A stretch of 64,000 bases of DNA from a virus (lineage: Duplodnaviria > Heunggongvirae > Uroviricota > Caudoviricetes), in IMG/VR virus record IMGVR_UViG_3300031088_000799. The stretch is one strand, 5' to 3'. Below the pieces are notes generated by a model. It worked only from the letters and a program-made list of their open reading frames with translations, had not been told where the DNA came from and made no database searches. Of this stretch, positions 9,803-21,461 are shown piece after piece; the first letter of the stretch is position 1; each line of letters starts with the position of its first letter. The position numbers and the translations under genes are program-made.

Positions 9803-10699
9803 TTAGCGAATACTTTCATTAGGGTGAGACATAGAGAACAATTTGGTAATGAATTTTGATACAGCCATTTCCATAACAGCATCAAGCCCCACCAAACCAG
9901 CAAGACCACTACTTTTAGTTTTTACTTCTGTACTTACCTGATACAGTTGAGCACCATCTTTGAATGCTTTGAGAATGGCAGTGCGGCTATCACCAATTTC
10001 ATCAACAAGATTTTGTTCAATAACATCCTGTGCCATATAGAAATCACCTTCCATCAGCTTATTCGCATCAATATTAGGACGATATTTCAATACATGGTTT
10101 TTAAACGCAGTGTGAATATCAGCTAGTTTTTGCTTGAAAACAGTTTCTTCAGCTTCATTTGGAGTTTTAGTTGGAACAACAGAACGCTTATTGGTGCCTG
10201 CAGTATATACACGAACATCAACCCCCACCTTATTCAGAACTTCTTCGAAAATAGGAACCTGTGAAACAACACCAATTGAGCCTACAAAAGCAAACGGCTG
10301 AGCAACGATACGGTCACAAGCAGAAGCCATCATATAACCACCACTCGCAGCAATTTCATCAACAAATGCAGTCACATGTAGACCATGAGCACGCAGACGA
10401 CTAATTTGTTGAGCAGCATTCGCATAAGCGGTCACACTACCACCGGGCGTTTTGATAAGCAGGTAAACCGAATCTTTTGGAGACGAATTAAGAATCGTCA
10501 TATCAACATCACGTTCTAGTTTTTCAAAAGCGTTCCCTTTATCGTCAGCATTGAAACGAATGACAAAGACCTTATTCAAATAAACAACATCTTTCGCTTT
10601 TGCTTTCATCTCACGACGAACATCACGACTCTCAATCTTTTTGATGAGTTCACGGTTGAGATCTTTGATTTCAGTTTTAAAACGAATTTCTTTAGACAT
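9803..10699 (-). CDS. S49-family peptidase (SohB/SppA 36K-like) lacking the N-terminal membrane anchor
   Basis: VDEIAASGGYMMASACDRIVAQPFAFVGSIGVV is near-identical in pattern to the E. coli SohB/SppA catalytic-serine region. The ORF starts at MSKEIRF, with an in-frame stop upstream, so there is no TM segment. Confidence 0.85.
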   Translation of the reverse strand: MSKEIRFKTEIKDLNRELIKKIESRDVRREMKAKAKDVVYLNKVFVIRFNADDKGNAFEKLERDVDMTILNSSPKDSVYLLIKTPGGSVTAYANAAQQISRLRAHGLHVTAFVDEIAASGGYMMASACDRIVAQPFAFVGSIGVVSQVPIFEEVLNKVGVDVRVYTAGTNKRSVVPTKTPNEAEETVFKQKLADIHTAFKNHVLKYRPNIDANKLMEGDFYMAQDVIEQNLVDEIGDSRTAILKAFKDGAQLYQVSTEVKTKSSGLAGLVGLDAVMEMAVSKFITKLFSMSHPNESIR

Positions 10700-11139
10700 T
10701 TATTGCTCCTAAGCATTAGTGAATGTGGGAATTATAATACATTTTGAAAGTGTTGTAAAGCAATGATTTATTTAAATTTATTTCAAATAACGGGAAAATC
10801 TCAAAATTTCACCATCCATCCAATGGACAGCAGCAAGAACAGTAAGGCTTTTATTTTGAGGTTCAAAGATATAACGTCGAACACCAAAGAGCAAACCAGA
10901 ACCATAGCTAAAAATAGAAGCCAACTCATAGAGATTGCCACTGATGGAATAAGTTCCTCCACAAAAGAACTGATAGTGTTTCATCTGATTGAATTCCTTC
11001 TCTCTGTTTAAGTAGAAGGCTATATTAACAAAATTTAGTAACATAAGCAACTGAAATAATCAAAAATTAAGCTTTACTGCTCTGTCATATATTGTTATAA
11101 TCTTTTTCAATTTATTTAATATAAAAGGTCAAAATAATT

Positions 11140-11731
11140 ATGTTAACAACAAAAGAAATTGTCGAAAAAATTAAACAGAAATATGATCATTATGTAGAAG
11201 TCGGTAGTCCTTATGATCTTACGACTCATGCAGATGGTTCCAAAATACGTCTTAACCAAATTGAAAGCATTCGAATGTATAGTGGAATATTTTTAATTAA
11301 TAAATATACTTCAAAAGACTTTTTTAATATTGTATTTGAAAATAATCAAGATCAAGATTTGGAAAATCTTATAAAAATATTTAATATTTATGCTTCGTTC
11401 GATTACCTAATGTTCAGTATTAAACACAATGAATTTTCTGTGAGCAATGGATTCTTTAACGCAAATTTCGTAAAACGATCAAAACCTGTGGAAAAAAAAG
11501 AAGAAGATAGCAATCCTTATAAGACAAATTTGTGTAAAGAAATTGCCTTATCCAATGATGTCAACAACATTAGGCATGAAAGATGTTGGGTTCAGTTATA
11601 AAGAATTGTATGAAAATGTAGTTTATCCACAATTACAATCGATGATTAAAGAATCTATTGATGTAGAAATTACAAATCTTAATGAAGTGAATGAAGATAT
11701 GTTGAATTTAGTCAAAATGGCAAGAATTTAA
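11140..11731 (+). pseudogene. possible frameshifted member of the Ct-motif family (two overlapping frames; second ends ...MLNLVKMARI)
   Basis: ORFs 11140-11601 and 11543-11731 overlap in different frames. The distal one carries the family C-terminal tail. Confidence 0.35.
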
Positions 11732-11764
11732 AGATAAAAGGTGGCATGTCGATTGTCACCTATA

Positions 11765-12559
11765 TTAGATTGTTTGCATCATTAAAAGATCTATTTTATT
11801 AGACACATCCGTAGCTGACATATCCATTACAACAGCATAGATTTCAGGATGAAGATTTTTCAGATACATCATAATAAGATTATCAACGAACTCATTAACA
11901 TCAGCATCGGTTAAAACCGGACTCTTTTCAATGATATCATCAACAGTAGTCATTCCAAACAAATTGTCAGGTATTTTATAAAAAGTATTTGTATTGGTAT
12001 CATAATATAGGGAAAGATAATCTATAAATTTTAGAATAGGAAACGTTACAATTTTATTAGTTCTAGTTACTCCAAAATAACGATAAAGTTGGCACCCAGT
12101 CATATATCGATAAGAACCATTAACAGAAGACGTTATTCGACAACCATCCTTATCAAATAAAGACATAGCATAGGCAGTTCTAACAGGTTTTTCAAACATA
12201 TAAATAGAGTTTTTAGATATACTATTAGATAACATTAAAAAACGTGAAAAATGTTTATTTTTGAAAAAAATAGTAAGAGCCTGATTAAGCTCATAAATTT
12301 TTTCTCTGATCGTTTTATTGATTTCGAATAACTTGTTAAATTTGGAAAAAGCAAAAACACTATTAAGGTAAGGGGATGAAAATAATGGTTGATTAGGCGT
12401 CATCTTAAATCGTAAAAAATCCGCTCCATTGTTCGCATTTGCATTGAAAAAATCAACATGACAGCGTACATCTTCTTTGGGATCATCAAATTCCAAAAAA
12501 CTAATTTTTGAATACGATGTATTAAATGCATTTGAGAAAGCGTCTTTAATATTTTCCAT
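11765..12559 (-). CDS. Ct-motif paralog family member (...NKIDLLMMQTI)
   Basis: 264-aa ORF with the family tail. Confidence 0.55.
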   Translation of the reverse strand: MENIKDAFSNAFNTSYSKISFLEFDDPKEDVRCHVDFFNANANNGADFLRFKMTPNQPLFSSPYLNSVFAFSKFNKLFEINKTIREKIYELNQALTIFFKNKHFSRFLMLSNSISKNSIYMFEKPVRTAYAMSLFDKDGCRITSSVNGSYRYMTGCQLYRYFGVTRTNKIVTFPILKFIDYLSLYYDTNTNTFYKIPDNLFGMTTVDDIIEKSPVLTDADVNEFVDNLIMMYLKNLHPEIYAVVMDMSATDVSNKIDLLMMQTI

Positions 12560-12593
12560 AGTAAATCCTTAAAAATAATCGGTAATTCTATCA

Positions 12594-12866
12594 TTATATG
12601 AGATGCATTTCAACTAAGTTCATAATTTCATCATAATCTGAACATGAATCAAAAATACTGTCTACTAATGGTCTATTTTTCAAAAGTGCATCAATGTAAT
12701 GAAAGAATATCTCATTACCGCTTTTTGAAAAATGATCAAATCTGATCACTAACTATATATGTGAAAAATACCCATTAAATATTCGAGCAACAGCATTAAC
12801 CAATCCAACTTCAACATCAGTTAGGTTAATAACATCACCACGTTGTGAATATAAAGTTGTTGTCAT
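12594..12866 (-). pseudogene. remnant ORF: 35 codons, in-frame TAG, then the 3' end of a Ct-motif family gene (...DYDEIMNLVEMHLI). Interrupted by a solo IS right-end copy.
   Basis: One continuous frame 12866->12594 with a TAG at 12753-12755. Downstream codons are encoded by the IS right-end sequence and then a family C-terminus. Confidence 0.45.
12715..12756 (-). repeat. solo copy of the IS607-like right end (42-nt exact match to 60659-60700)
   Basis: ttaccgctttttgaaaaatgatcaaatctgatcactaactat is the reverse complement of the element's right end. It contains the TGATCA-N4-TGATCA hairpin. Confidence 0.8.
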
Positions 12867-12883
12867 GAGTTAGTGACTCCTAT

Positions 12884-13807
12884 TCAGTAAAGCAACATTT
12901 CAGCAATCTTGAAACGACCAACTAATTCTGCTTTTGGAAGATGAATTAATTGTTTTTTCTCTTTAATTGTTAATTTTTCTGCCCGGCCAATAATATCAAT
13001 AATACATTTTAAAAATTTCTTATCGAATTTTTCAAAGAGTTCATCAATAGCGGCATCCAAATCAGCAGGAAACATAGGAATCGCATATTTGAATTTAATT
13101 GAGGATAAAACAGGCAAATTAAATAAAAACCCCGGCTCAAAATCACCCTTTTTATTTTTTAATAACACAATTTCAGCTTTTGACGGAGAAAACGTAAAAG
13201 ATGCTTGTCTTCGAGCGTTTTCTGCTTTTGACATATTACCATAAAAAGATTTGCAAAGTCGTTGTTCTTTTGTATCTTTAAACGTTTTACTTTTAACAAA
13301 AAAATCTTTTAACTGTTGAGGTTGTTTAAGTTTTTCAAAATGATCAAAGAATTCAAATTCACTGGTTGATTGAATATACCTATCAATAACTTTTTCAAGA
13401 ATATGATAAGGGAAAGCTCTACCATTAATCATTTGCTCAAATAATGTCAAAATAATTTTACTTTTATCAATCTTGTCGTTAACAATAGAATAAACGGGAA
13501 GCCCATCATAAACATTACTATATAAACGAATATACTTGTTATATAGAGAATTCTTTCCTTCTTCAAGAATAATTTTAAAACCATAAGATTGATAACCACT
13601 ATTAAGATCTATTAGATAATCATTAGGGCCATATGCATTAACCAAAATACTTTTAATTTGTTTTATAATTGAGCCATATTCATCCATTATTATCTCTACT
13701 TTTTTGTTATTGATATCATCCTTACATGAATTGTCCAACCTTACAATAGAAGAACTGACTATATCAGATAATGTCATAATTTTATTTGTTGTCATAATTA
13801 GCCTCAA
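12884..13807 (-). CDS. Ct-motif paralog family member (...VGRFKIAEMLLY)
   Basis: 307-aa ORF. 4-bp overlap with the next gene. Confidence 0.5.
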   Translation of the reverse strand: MRLIMTTNKIMTLSDIVSSSIVRLDNSCKDDINNKKVEIIMDEYGSIIKQIKSILVNAYGPNDYLIDLNSGYQSYGFKIILEEGKNSLYNKYIRLYSNVYDGLPVYSIVNDKIDKSKIILTLFEQMINGRAFPYHILEKVIDRYIQSTSEFEFFDHFEKLKQPQQLKDFFVKSKTFKDTKEQRLCKSFYGNMSKAENARRQASFTFSPSKAEIVLLKNKKGDFEPGFLFNLPVLSSIKFKYAIPMFPADLDAAIDELFEKFDKKFLKCIIDIIGRAEKLTIKEKKQLIHLPKAELVGRFKIAEMLLY

Positions 13808-14586
13808 ATATGGTGCATAGCAATCAGCGTTAAATGATCATCTAGTAATGTTTTAGTTAAAGAATCAAAGGCTTCTTCATCAATATCAAATATTCTTTTA
13901 AAGTTGCTTTTAACAGAAGGTTCAATGGCATATTTCATTTTATAAAAAAATCCTGAAAGATCAGTTCTCATTTTTTGAAAACTATAAAGCGACACAGTAT
14001 CTTCCATTGAGCCAAATTTAACATACATGCAAGGATAAGAAATAAACGTATTATTTTCATATACTATCATAATTTTTGTTGATAAAAAGAATAAATTATA
14101 ATGATCTTTATACAGTTTTTTATTCAAAAAATGTATTGAATAATCTTGTTTTGCATAAAAATAAGAATGAGTGCTGTGAGAACGTATAATCCCACATTTT
14201 GGTTTAAATAATGAATGCTCTTTGCTCTGAGTCTTTTCAAATAAACTATATTTAGAAGTAAATGCCAAAAATCTATCATCAAAATCCGAAAGAATCTGCT
14301 CAGCGTCGTTACCCAATAAAGATTTTGAAAAATCATTTAAGAAATCAATACTAATATCGGTACAAATATTAATAGTTTTCTTATCTTGTCGGTTAACATA
14401 AGCATAAATGAATTTGTTTTCATTTTCAATGCATACTGTAAATTTAATGACATCAGTTAATCCATTGTCAGTTTTATGTTTAATGTGCATACGAGTCACA
14501 GTTAAACCCATCTTTTCTTTAAGCATTAGACAGAAATCTTTTTTTATAACAGTCAAATGATTAATTACTTTTTCTTTTTTTATCAT
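13804..14586 (-). CDS. Ct-motif paralog family member (...DDHLTLIAMHHI)
   Basis: 260-aa ORF with the family tail. Confidence 0.55.
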   Translation of the reverse strand: MIKKEKVINHLTVIKKDFCLMLKEKMGLTVTRMHIKHKTDNGLTDVIKFTVCIENENKFIYAYVNRQDKKTINICTDISIDFLNDFSKSLLGNDAEQILSDFDDRFLAFTSKYSLFEKTQSKEHSLFKPKCGIIRSHSTHSYFYAKQDYSIHFLNKKLYKDHYNLFFLSTKIMIVYENNTFISYPCMYVKFGSMEDTVSLYSFQKMRTDLSGFFYKMKYAIEPSVKSNFKRIFDIDEEAFDSLTKTLLDDHLTLIAMHHI

Positions 14587-15365
14587 ACTTTTAACATCTC
14601 CAAAACTTTAAAATCATTAATAGATATAGTTGAATATTGATCAAGGAAATGATCTGTAATGTTAAATTTATCAAGGTAAAAATTATATATGACAGGTGCG
14701 GTTAATAGCATAAATTTATCAATAAAAGAAATAATATCGATAGAATTATCATCAAAAAATTTAATAAATTCACCATCATTTTCAATTTCTAAAACTGAAG
14801 GTTTGATAACGTCTTCACTTTTCTTGCTAAATAGAAGAAATTCTTTATTGACTTCATCAATAAATATACGAGCTTGGCCAAAAAATAACATATTAATATT
14901 AAAATCAACAACAGGTTTAATCGTAAAATCTTTATTAATAAAATATACCATCTCAACAAAAATCAAATGCCAAGCATTGCGGTATTGAAATTTAGAATTC
15001 AGTGTAATACGTTTACCCATGATGTTTCGTTTACCACAAAAATCATCGAAATTAACAGGATCTTTAAAGATTATTTTAACAAGTGGATGCTCAAAAAATA
15101 TTGTAGTAATGTAATTTGAAATAGTCATCTGTTCAAAAGTTGGAAACATCGCTTCCATGATGTCTTTTAGAGAGTCATCAAGTACTTTTGGCGAACTGAG
15201 TTTGTTCGTCTCATTGTCATATTCAATTGTAAACAAAACAGTGTTATCAGAAAGACGAACTAAATTTAAATTTTTAAATTGATTAGAGTATACAAGCTGA
15301 TATTTATCACCAAATTGACGATGGAAGATTTCTTTTATACTATCAAATGCTATAAATTCGCTCAT
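14583..15365 (-). CDS. Ct-motif paralog family member (...INDFKVLEMLKV)
   Basis: 260-aa ORF with the family tail. Confidence 0.55.
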   Translation of the reverse strand: MSEFIAFDSIKEIFHRQFGDKYQLVYSNQFKNLNLVRLSDNTVLFTIEYDNETNKLSSPKVLDDSLKDIMEAMFPTFEQMTISNYITTIFFEHPLVKIIFKDPVNFDDFCGKRNIMGKRITLNSKFQYRNAWHLIFVEMVYFINKDFTIKPVVDFNINMLFFGQARIFIDEVNKEFLLFSKKSEDVIKPSVLEIENDGEFIKFFDDNSIDIISFIDKFMLLTAPVIYNFYLDKFNITDHFLDQYSTISINDFKVLEMLKV

Positions 15366-15416
15366 AATTAAAATCCTTAAAATAAGGAAAAATTATACCA
15401 TATAATAGAAACTAAA

Positions 15417-16253
15417 TCAATACGAAGACATTTCAGTTACAAGAACATAATCAATAAGTTCTTGCATCGAGAAATTAATGACATCGCCTAATGATTGGTG
15501 CTGTTGTAATCCAAGATTGATTCTAATGATTTCATACAATTGTAAACGAATACATTTTTCGTATTTAAATAATAATAGTTGAATATCTTCTTCACTCATA
15601 CCTTTATTAGCATCAATAAAAAATGTAAATTTAATATCAGCTAAAATAGGGACATTTAAAGTATATACAGGAACTAACTTCCCTGATGATGTTGACATAT
15701 CCAAAGACATTGTACAAATGGAGTATTGAGTTTTTTGCTTCTGATAATGATAGGGACGACGTTTCTTAGCTTTCAAACTTCTTGCTGAGTAATAAAACAT
15801 CGCCAAGTGTTTTTTTACTGTGCTTTTTGAATAAGAGTGTTCAGTGGTTAACGATGGGATAGATAAATCTTTTTGATGATAGGCAACAGTATCAAATTGT
15901 TTCCATTGATGACCCACATCAAAGAATCGTTGAATAATAGCATGTAAATAATCGATATCAACAATGCTTTCATAAAAGAGAGACTGATAGAGTTCATGAT
16001 GCTGCTCAACTGTTCCACTCATACCTACTCTTAAAAAGTTACCATTTTTAGCAGGTAAGATATGTGCATTAAGCAAAGTTTTTGAGCCTGCTTTTAACTG
16101 ACTTTTTTTATCTTTATAAATTGAGATGCCATCATGATTGTAATAGACAGGATACACATCAAAAGGTAACTCCAAGCCAGCCTCCAGCACTGTTTTCGAA
16201 TGCTCCAACAGTGGCTGACAGATTTCTTGAACATTTAATTTTGATTTAGGCAC
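15417..16253 (-). CDS. Ct-motif paralog family member (...LIDYVLVTEMSSY), start abuts the serS stop
   Basis: 278-aa ORF. Its start codon is immediately 3' of the serS stop codon. Confidence 0.5.
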   Translation of the reverse strand: MPKSKLNVQEICQPLLEHSKTVLEAGLELPFDVYPVYYNHDGISIYKDKKSQLKAGSKTLLNAHILPAKNGNFLRVGMSGTVEQHHELYQSLFYESIVDIDYLHAIIQRFFDVGHQWKQFDTVAYHQKDLSIPSLTTEHSYSKSTVKKHLAMFYYSARSLKAKKRRPYHYQKQKTQYSICTMSLDMSTSSGKLVPVYTLNVPILADIKFTFFIDANKGMSEEDIQLLLFKYEKCIRLQLYEIIRINLGLQQHQSLGDVINFSMQELIDYVLVTEMSSY

Positions 16254-17564
<1,311 letters not shown>

Positions 17565-17573
17565 CTAATTTAT

Positions 17574-18323
17574 TCAATAGTGATCAATAGTCAAAACAGG
17601 GTAATAATCCATAATCTCTTTATCTGTTAAAGTTTCTGCTTCTTTAAAGTTCATATCATATAATTGACATAATCTACCAATAATATTTGTATGGTGGAGT
17701 TCATAAAAGTTTTTGGAAAAAGTATCGACAGACTTTTGAATGGATGCTTCATTAAACTCGATGGTTTTACAGAATGAGAAATCAAGACCATAAGAAGTAA
17801 AATAAAACTGGTCATTCAGTAATAATTGATTATTTTCAAAAATGAATTTTGGAATTCTAAATACATCAAAGGTTTCAAAAGGTGTAGTAACTTTAGCATG
17901 AACAGCAAATGTCATTATTGTTGATGTGGAACTATCTTTAAATTTCAAAACACGTTTAGCATAAGGCAACACTTTGATATCAGTAATCAAATTTAAATGA
18001 GCAGATTTCTCCTTTGCTGCTGTCATATAAAGTGAAAAAGAGTCAGAACTTCGTTCTTTATAGTATTTAAGAAACTTATTATAAAGAGGGCAATATTTTT
18101 TATCTAAAATATCAATAAGCACTTTATTAACTACGGAATGATCCATTTGAACTTCACTTTCGACTTTTAAAACAAAAATAATTTTAGCTGCTTTTGTAGT
18201 GACATTAATCTGATGAACTCTTGTTCCTAATTTTATATGAAAGATAGGAGTTTCCCTCAGTTCTTTCTTAAAAAAGGGACTGATTGCTTTTACAATAGAT
18301 TGGCATAATTCATTACCTTTCAA
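17574..18323 (-). CDS. Ct-motif family member, sub-clade ending ...YYPVLTIDHY
   Basis: 249 aa. Close paralog of the next gene (TTPFETFDVFRIPKFIFENNQ vs TTPFENIIVYKTPRFIFENDK). Confidence 0.55.
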   Translation of the reverse strand: MKGNELCQSIVKAISPFFKKELRETPIFHIKLGTRVHQINVTTKAAKIIFVLKVESEVQMDHSVVNKVLIDILDKKYCPLYNKFLKYYKERSSDSFSLYMTAAKEKSAHLNLITDIKVLPYAKRVLKFKDSSTSTIMTFAVHAKVTTPFETFDVFRIPKFIFENNQLLLNDQFYFTSYGLDFSFCKTIEFNEASIQKSVDTFSKNFYELHHTNIIGRLCQLYDMNFKEAETLTDKEIMDYYPVLTIDHY

Positions 18324-18340
18324 CTTAACTTCTCCTATTG

Positions 18341-19102
18341 TTAATAACGTTCCATAACTAAAACTGGATAATATTCAAGAAATTGTTTACGGCTCCAATT
18401 TTTAAAATCGTCAAATGGGATATCATAAATTTCATGTAATTTTTTAGTAATTTCTCGATAATGATCATCATAAAACTCATCAACCATTTTTTGTATTTCA
18501 TCATTTTGATGATTACTATCAATTTCACTTTTATTCTGAAAAGTATAATCCATCTTCATTGATGAAAATTGAAAACGATCATGCAAATAGAATTTATCAT
18601 TTTCAAAAATAAATCGTGGCGTTTTATAGACAATAATATTTTCAAAAGGCGTTGTAATAATAGCATGTTTTGCAGGTTTAATCAAATAAGATCGAGACTT
18701 TGGTTCAATTTCACGATATTCATTTTGCAATAATTCAACCGATGTAATAATACCGATTTTCTTTGTCTTTTTATTTAATTGATTGATAAGTAATTGAAAT
18801 ACATCTGTACTTTCACTGCATGCAAATTTAATAAAAGCATTAAATATAGGCAAAGACGCTTCTGAATCTAAACGAATATCTATTGCTTTATCAGAATGCT
18901 GATAAATACGCCTATCTTTTAGAATAACAAAAGATAACAAAAGTTGGCCATTGAAAGAATACATTTTTAAAATGTCTTCTGACATACCACTAGGTTTTGT
19001 TATATTTAAGGTTTCTTTAAAATCAACGTTGCAATTAAGGTAATTATAAGCAAACCCCTCTAACACTCGTTTCATTTCTCTAAAAAGCACAACAGTTCTC
19101 AT
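18341..19102 (-). CDS. Ct-motif family member, sub-clade ending ...YYPVLVMERY
   Basis: 253 aa, tandem duplicate of 17574-18323. SD GAGG upstream. Confidence 0.55.
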   Translation of the reverse strand: MRTVVLFREMKRVLEGFAYNYLNCNVDFKETLNITKPSGMSEDILKMYSFNGQLLLSFVILKDRRIYQHSDKAIDIRLDSEASLPIFNAFIKFACSESTDVFQLLINQLNKKTKKIGIITSVELLQNEYREIEPKSRSYLIKPAKHAIITTPFENIIVYKTPRFIFENDKFYLHDRFQFSSMKMDYTFQNKSEIDSNHQNDEIQKMVDEFYDDHYREITKKLHEIYDIPFDDFKNWSRKQFLEYYPVLVMERY

Positions 19103-19120
19103 ATTACAACCTCATCAAAT

Positions 19121-19855
19121 TTAAATATTAGCCATCGCAGCTAACTGAATATAACGCACCAGATCTTCATCTGTTATTGTTTTTGGATCAAGAGCAATTT
19201 TTAATTCGCTTCGAATTTTAGAAATAGTGGAAGAACGCACCACATTATAGATTTCTTTTTCCAAATTAATATAAAAATTTTCATTATTCGCTAATAATGC
19301 TGGATGTGAACTAATAATACGATCTGAATAGTCTACTGAATATCGAAACCTTAAATCTAGATGTAGTTCATTGTTATAAATCGTAAACACATGTTCAGAG
19401 AAAATAGCTGTATCAACTAAACCAAAATCTACACGAGCGAGTAATGTCCCATTCATTTTTTTAAATTCATTAACATCATTAAATTTCATTGATTTAAATG
19501 CATTAAACAACCTGTGTTCTGGGATGATTTCAATAGCATTATGAATATTAAATTTTTGTTTTACGTCTGTAAATATCTGAAACACTTTTGAATAGTGATT
19601 AACATCACGTTTAGCATATCTCATAATATCTAACATTTGTTTAGTTGATTCTTCATAATGATAAATATTTAATACTGGCAAAATACCAGATCGTTCATTG
19701 GTGTAAACAATAAATAGCTGAACCATTTGCTTACCATCATGATGGCTAACTGTAAATGTAGGGTTAATAGCTGGCATATTATCGACAACTACATCCATAT
19801 TAAAATGGTCTTTAAAAAATCTTGTTAGCACTGGAATCACATTGTCTTTAAGCAT
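19121..19855 (-). CDS. Ct-motif paralog family member (...DEDLVRYIQLAAMANI)
   Basis: 244 aa. The sequence taatagaggttgttATG gives an SD 8 nt upstream of the ATG. Confidence 0.6.
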   Translation of the reverse strand: MLKDNVIPVLTRFFKDHFNMDVVVDNMPAINPTFTVSHHDGKQMVQLFIVYTNERSGILPVLNIYHYEESTKQMLDIMRYAKRDVNHYSKVFQIFTDVKQKFNIHNAIEIIPEHRLFNAFKSMKFNDVNEFKKMNGTLLARVDFGLVDTAIFSEHVFTIYNNELHLDLRFRYSVDYSDRIISSHPALLANNENFYINLEKEIYNVVRSSTISKIRSELKIALDPKTITDEDLVRYIQLAAMANI

Positions 19856-19866
19856 AACAACCTCTA

Positions 19867-20676
19867 TTAAATGTTTGACATGTCGATAATATCAAGATAT
19901 TTTTTAAACAATTCTGGTGTTACTGTTGTTAAATCAACATCCATATCTGTAAATTTTTTTTGAATTCGCGTTTTAAAATATTCATAAAAAAAAGAATACA
20001 TCTCATCAGGAGTTAACACAATAGTTCCATCACTATTTGGTTCGTAGACTAAAATATAATCTTCACCATTACCATAAAACATAAAAGTAGCTTGATCAAA
20101 AAACATTGCAATCAACTGAAATGTTGTTGTAAATTTATCATCTTCAAAATTTAAAGTGTTCTTACATTTAAATTTTAACTGCTTCTCCTTTATCAAGGGG
20201 CGAATGATTTCTTTATAATCAATATTATTCAAAAGAAGACTAAAAGATTCTTTCATGCTTGTAGCTTCATAATGATTCAGTAAAAGAGATCGATTAAATT
20301 CAATAACATCATCTTGAACAAGAAGCCCAATATCCAGCCCAGCTTTGATATAGCTATTATGAATTTTTTCTATATAATTGAAGTCAATATTAAAAATAGA
20401 TGACAAATAATGAATAGTCCGTTCTGTTTTAACTCTTTCATCCATCGTATTAATTGAAAATAGAATTTTATAATCTGGATTATTACCCGTTTTCTCATTA
20501 GCCATTTGTTCGATATGTAACAAATCACCCAAAGAATGCGGAATAGTCAACATACTAAGAATTTTGCCACTGAATGGCTCAGAAACATTGATGGTGGCTT
20601 GTTCATAAAGAAAACCAGTAGATATCAGTTTTTCTTCGTATGATAAACGAAAACTATTAAGAAATTCGGTATCCAT
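19867..20676 (-). CDS. Ct-motif paralog family member (...KKYLDIIDMSNI)
   Basis: 269 aa. Confidence 0.6.
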   Translation of the reverse strand: MDTEFLNSFRLSYEEKLISTGFLYEQATINVSEPFSGKILSMLTIPHSLGDLLHIEQMANEKTGNNPDYKILFSINTMDERVKTERTIHYLSSIFNIDFNYIEKIHNSYIKAGLDIGLLVQDDVIEFNRSLLLNHYEATSMKESFSLLLNNIDYKEIIRPLIKEKQLKFKCKNTLNFEDDKFTTTFQLIAMFFDQATFMFYGNGEDYILVYEPNSDGTIVLTPDEMYSFFYEYFKTRIQKKFTDMDVDLTTVTPELFKKYLDIIDMSNI

Positions 20677-20717
20677 AAAATCCTCTTAAATAATGCCGAT
20701 TATAACATAAAAAGAGT

Positions 20718-21452
20718 TTAAATTTCAATCATTTTATAGAGTTCAATAGCTTTTTTAACGACTTCTTCTGATTGTCCGACAATTTGTATTTCGACCTTAT
20801 TAAGAATCTCTTCATGAATAGTATCAATCAATAGAGAATAGAAAAGTTCTTCTAATTCATCTTCTTTGTAATAAGTTCCACCATGAAAATACACATCGTT
20901 ATTGCTAGAAAATACAAAATGACCATCAGTAAAACCAAAATAAGTTCTAGCTGTATGATACAATTTACCATCTGTCGTTAAGTTTGTTGTAAAGTTGTTT
21001 AATCGAGAGACTTTTTTAGAGCAAAAAGGTCGAATAAATCCAAGATCAACATGAAAAAATTTATTAGGAACATACTGATGATAGAATGTTGCGTTATAAG
21101 TTTGTGCATCAATCGATTCATCTTCAATATAAAGACCAAGACGAAGCCCAACTCTTTTTTGAATAGTATCAAGGGTGTGATGTTTTGAAAAATCTAAAGA
21201 TATAAAAGATAATTCTTCTTTTAAAATACTATTTTTATCTCCAACTTTAAAAGTTTTTTCGTTTGGAATTAAATCAATGACCAATCGATAAGGTAGCTCA
21301 TTAAAAAAAGAAAAGATCAAAAAATAATGATTAGATTTCATTTTGAGCACAGAAACACTAGGTGACTGTTCATTTGAATAAAAGGAATAGCCACCAGCAC
21401 TCAAATTAGTGCCATAATGACTTAAAAATTTATTAACAATATCTTTAAACAT
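20718..21452 (-). CDS. Ct-motif paralog family member (...KKAIELYKMIEI)
   Basis: 244 aa. Confidence 0.55.
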   Translation of the reverse strand: MFKDIVNKFLSHYGTNLSAGGYSFYSNEQSPSVSVLKMKSNHYFLIFSFFNELPYRLVIDLIPNEKTFKVGDKNSILKEELSFISLDFSKHHTLDTIQKRVGLRLGLYIEDESIDAQTYNATFYHQYVPNKFFHVDLGFIRPFCSKKVSRLNNFTTNLTTDGKLYHTARTYFGFTDGHFVFSSNNDVYFHGGTYYKEDELEELFYSLLIDTIHEEILNKVEIQIVGQSEEVVKKAIELYKMIEI

Positions 21453-21461
21453 AAACCATCC

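Noticed and set aside
10763-11050. Overlapping ORFs 10763-11011 (+) and 10778-11050 (-) upstream of the S49 peptidase gene
   Set aside because: They are mutually exclusive and short, with no clear SD. This could be a small gene on either strand or simply a promoter region. I could not decide from sequence alone.
12400-12594. 64-aa minus-strand ORF overlapping the 3' end of the family gene 11765-12559
   Set aside because: It overlaps a better-supported gene in another frame. It is likely spurious.
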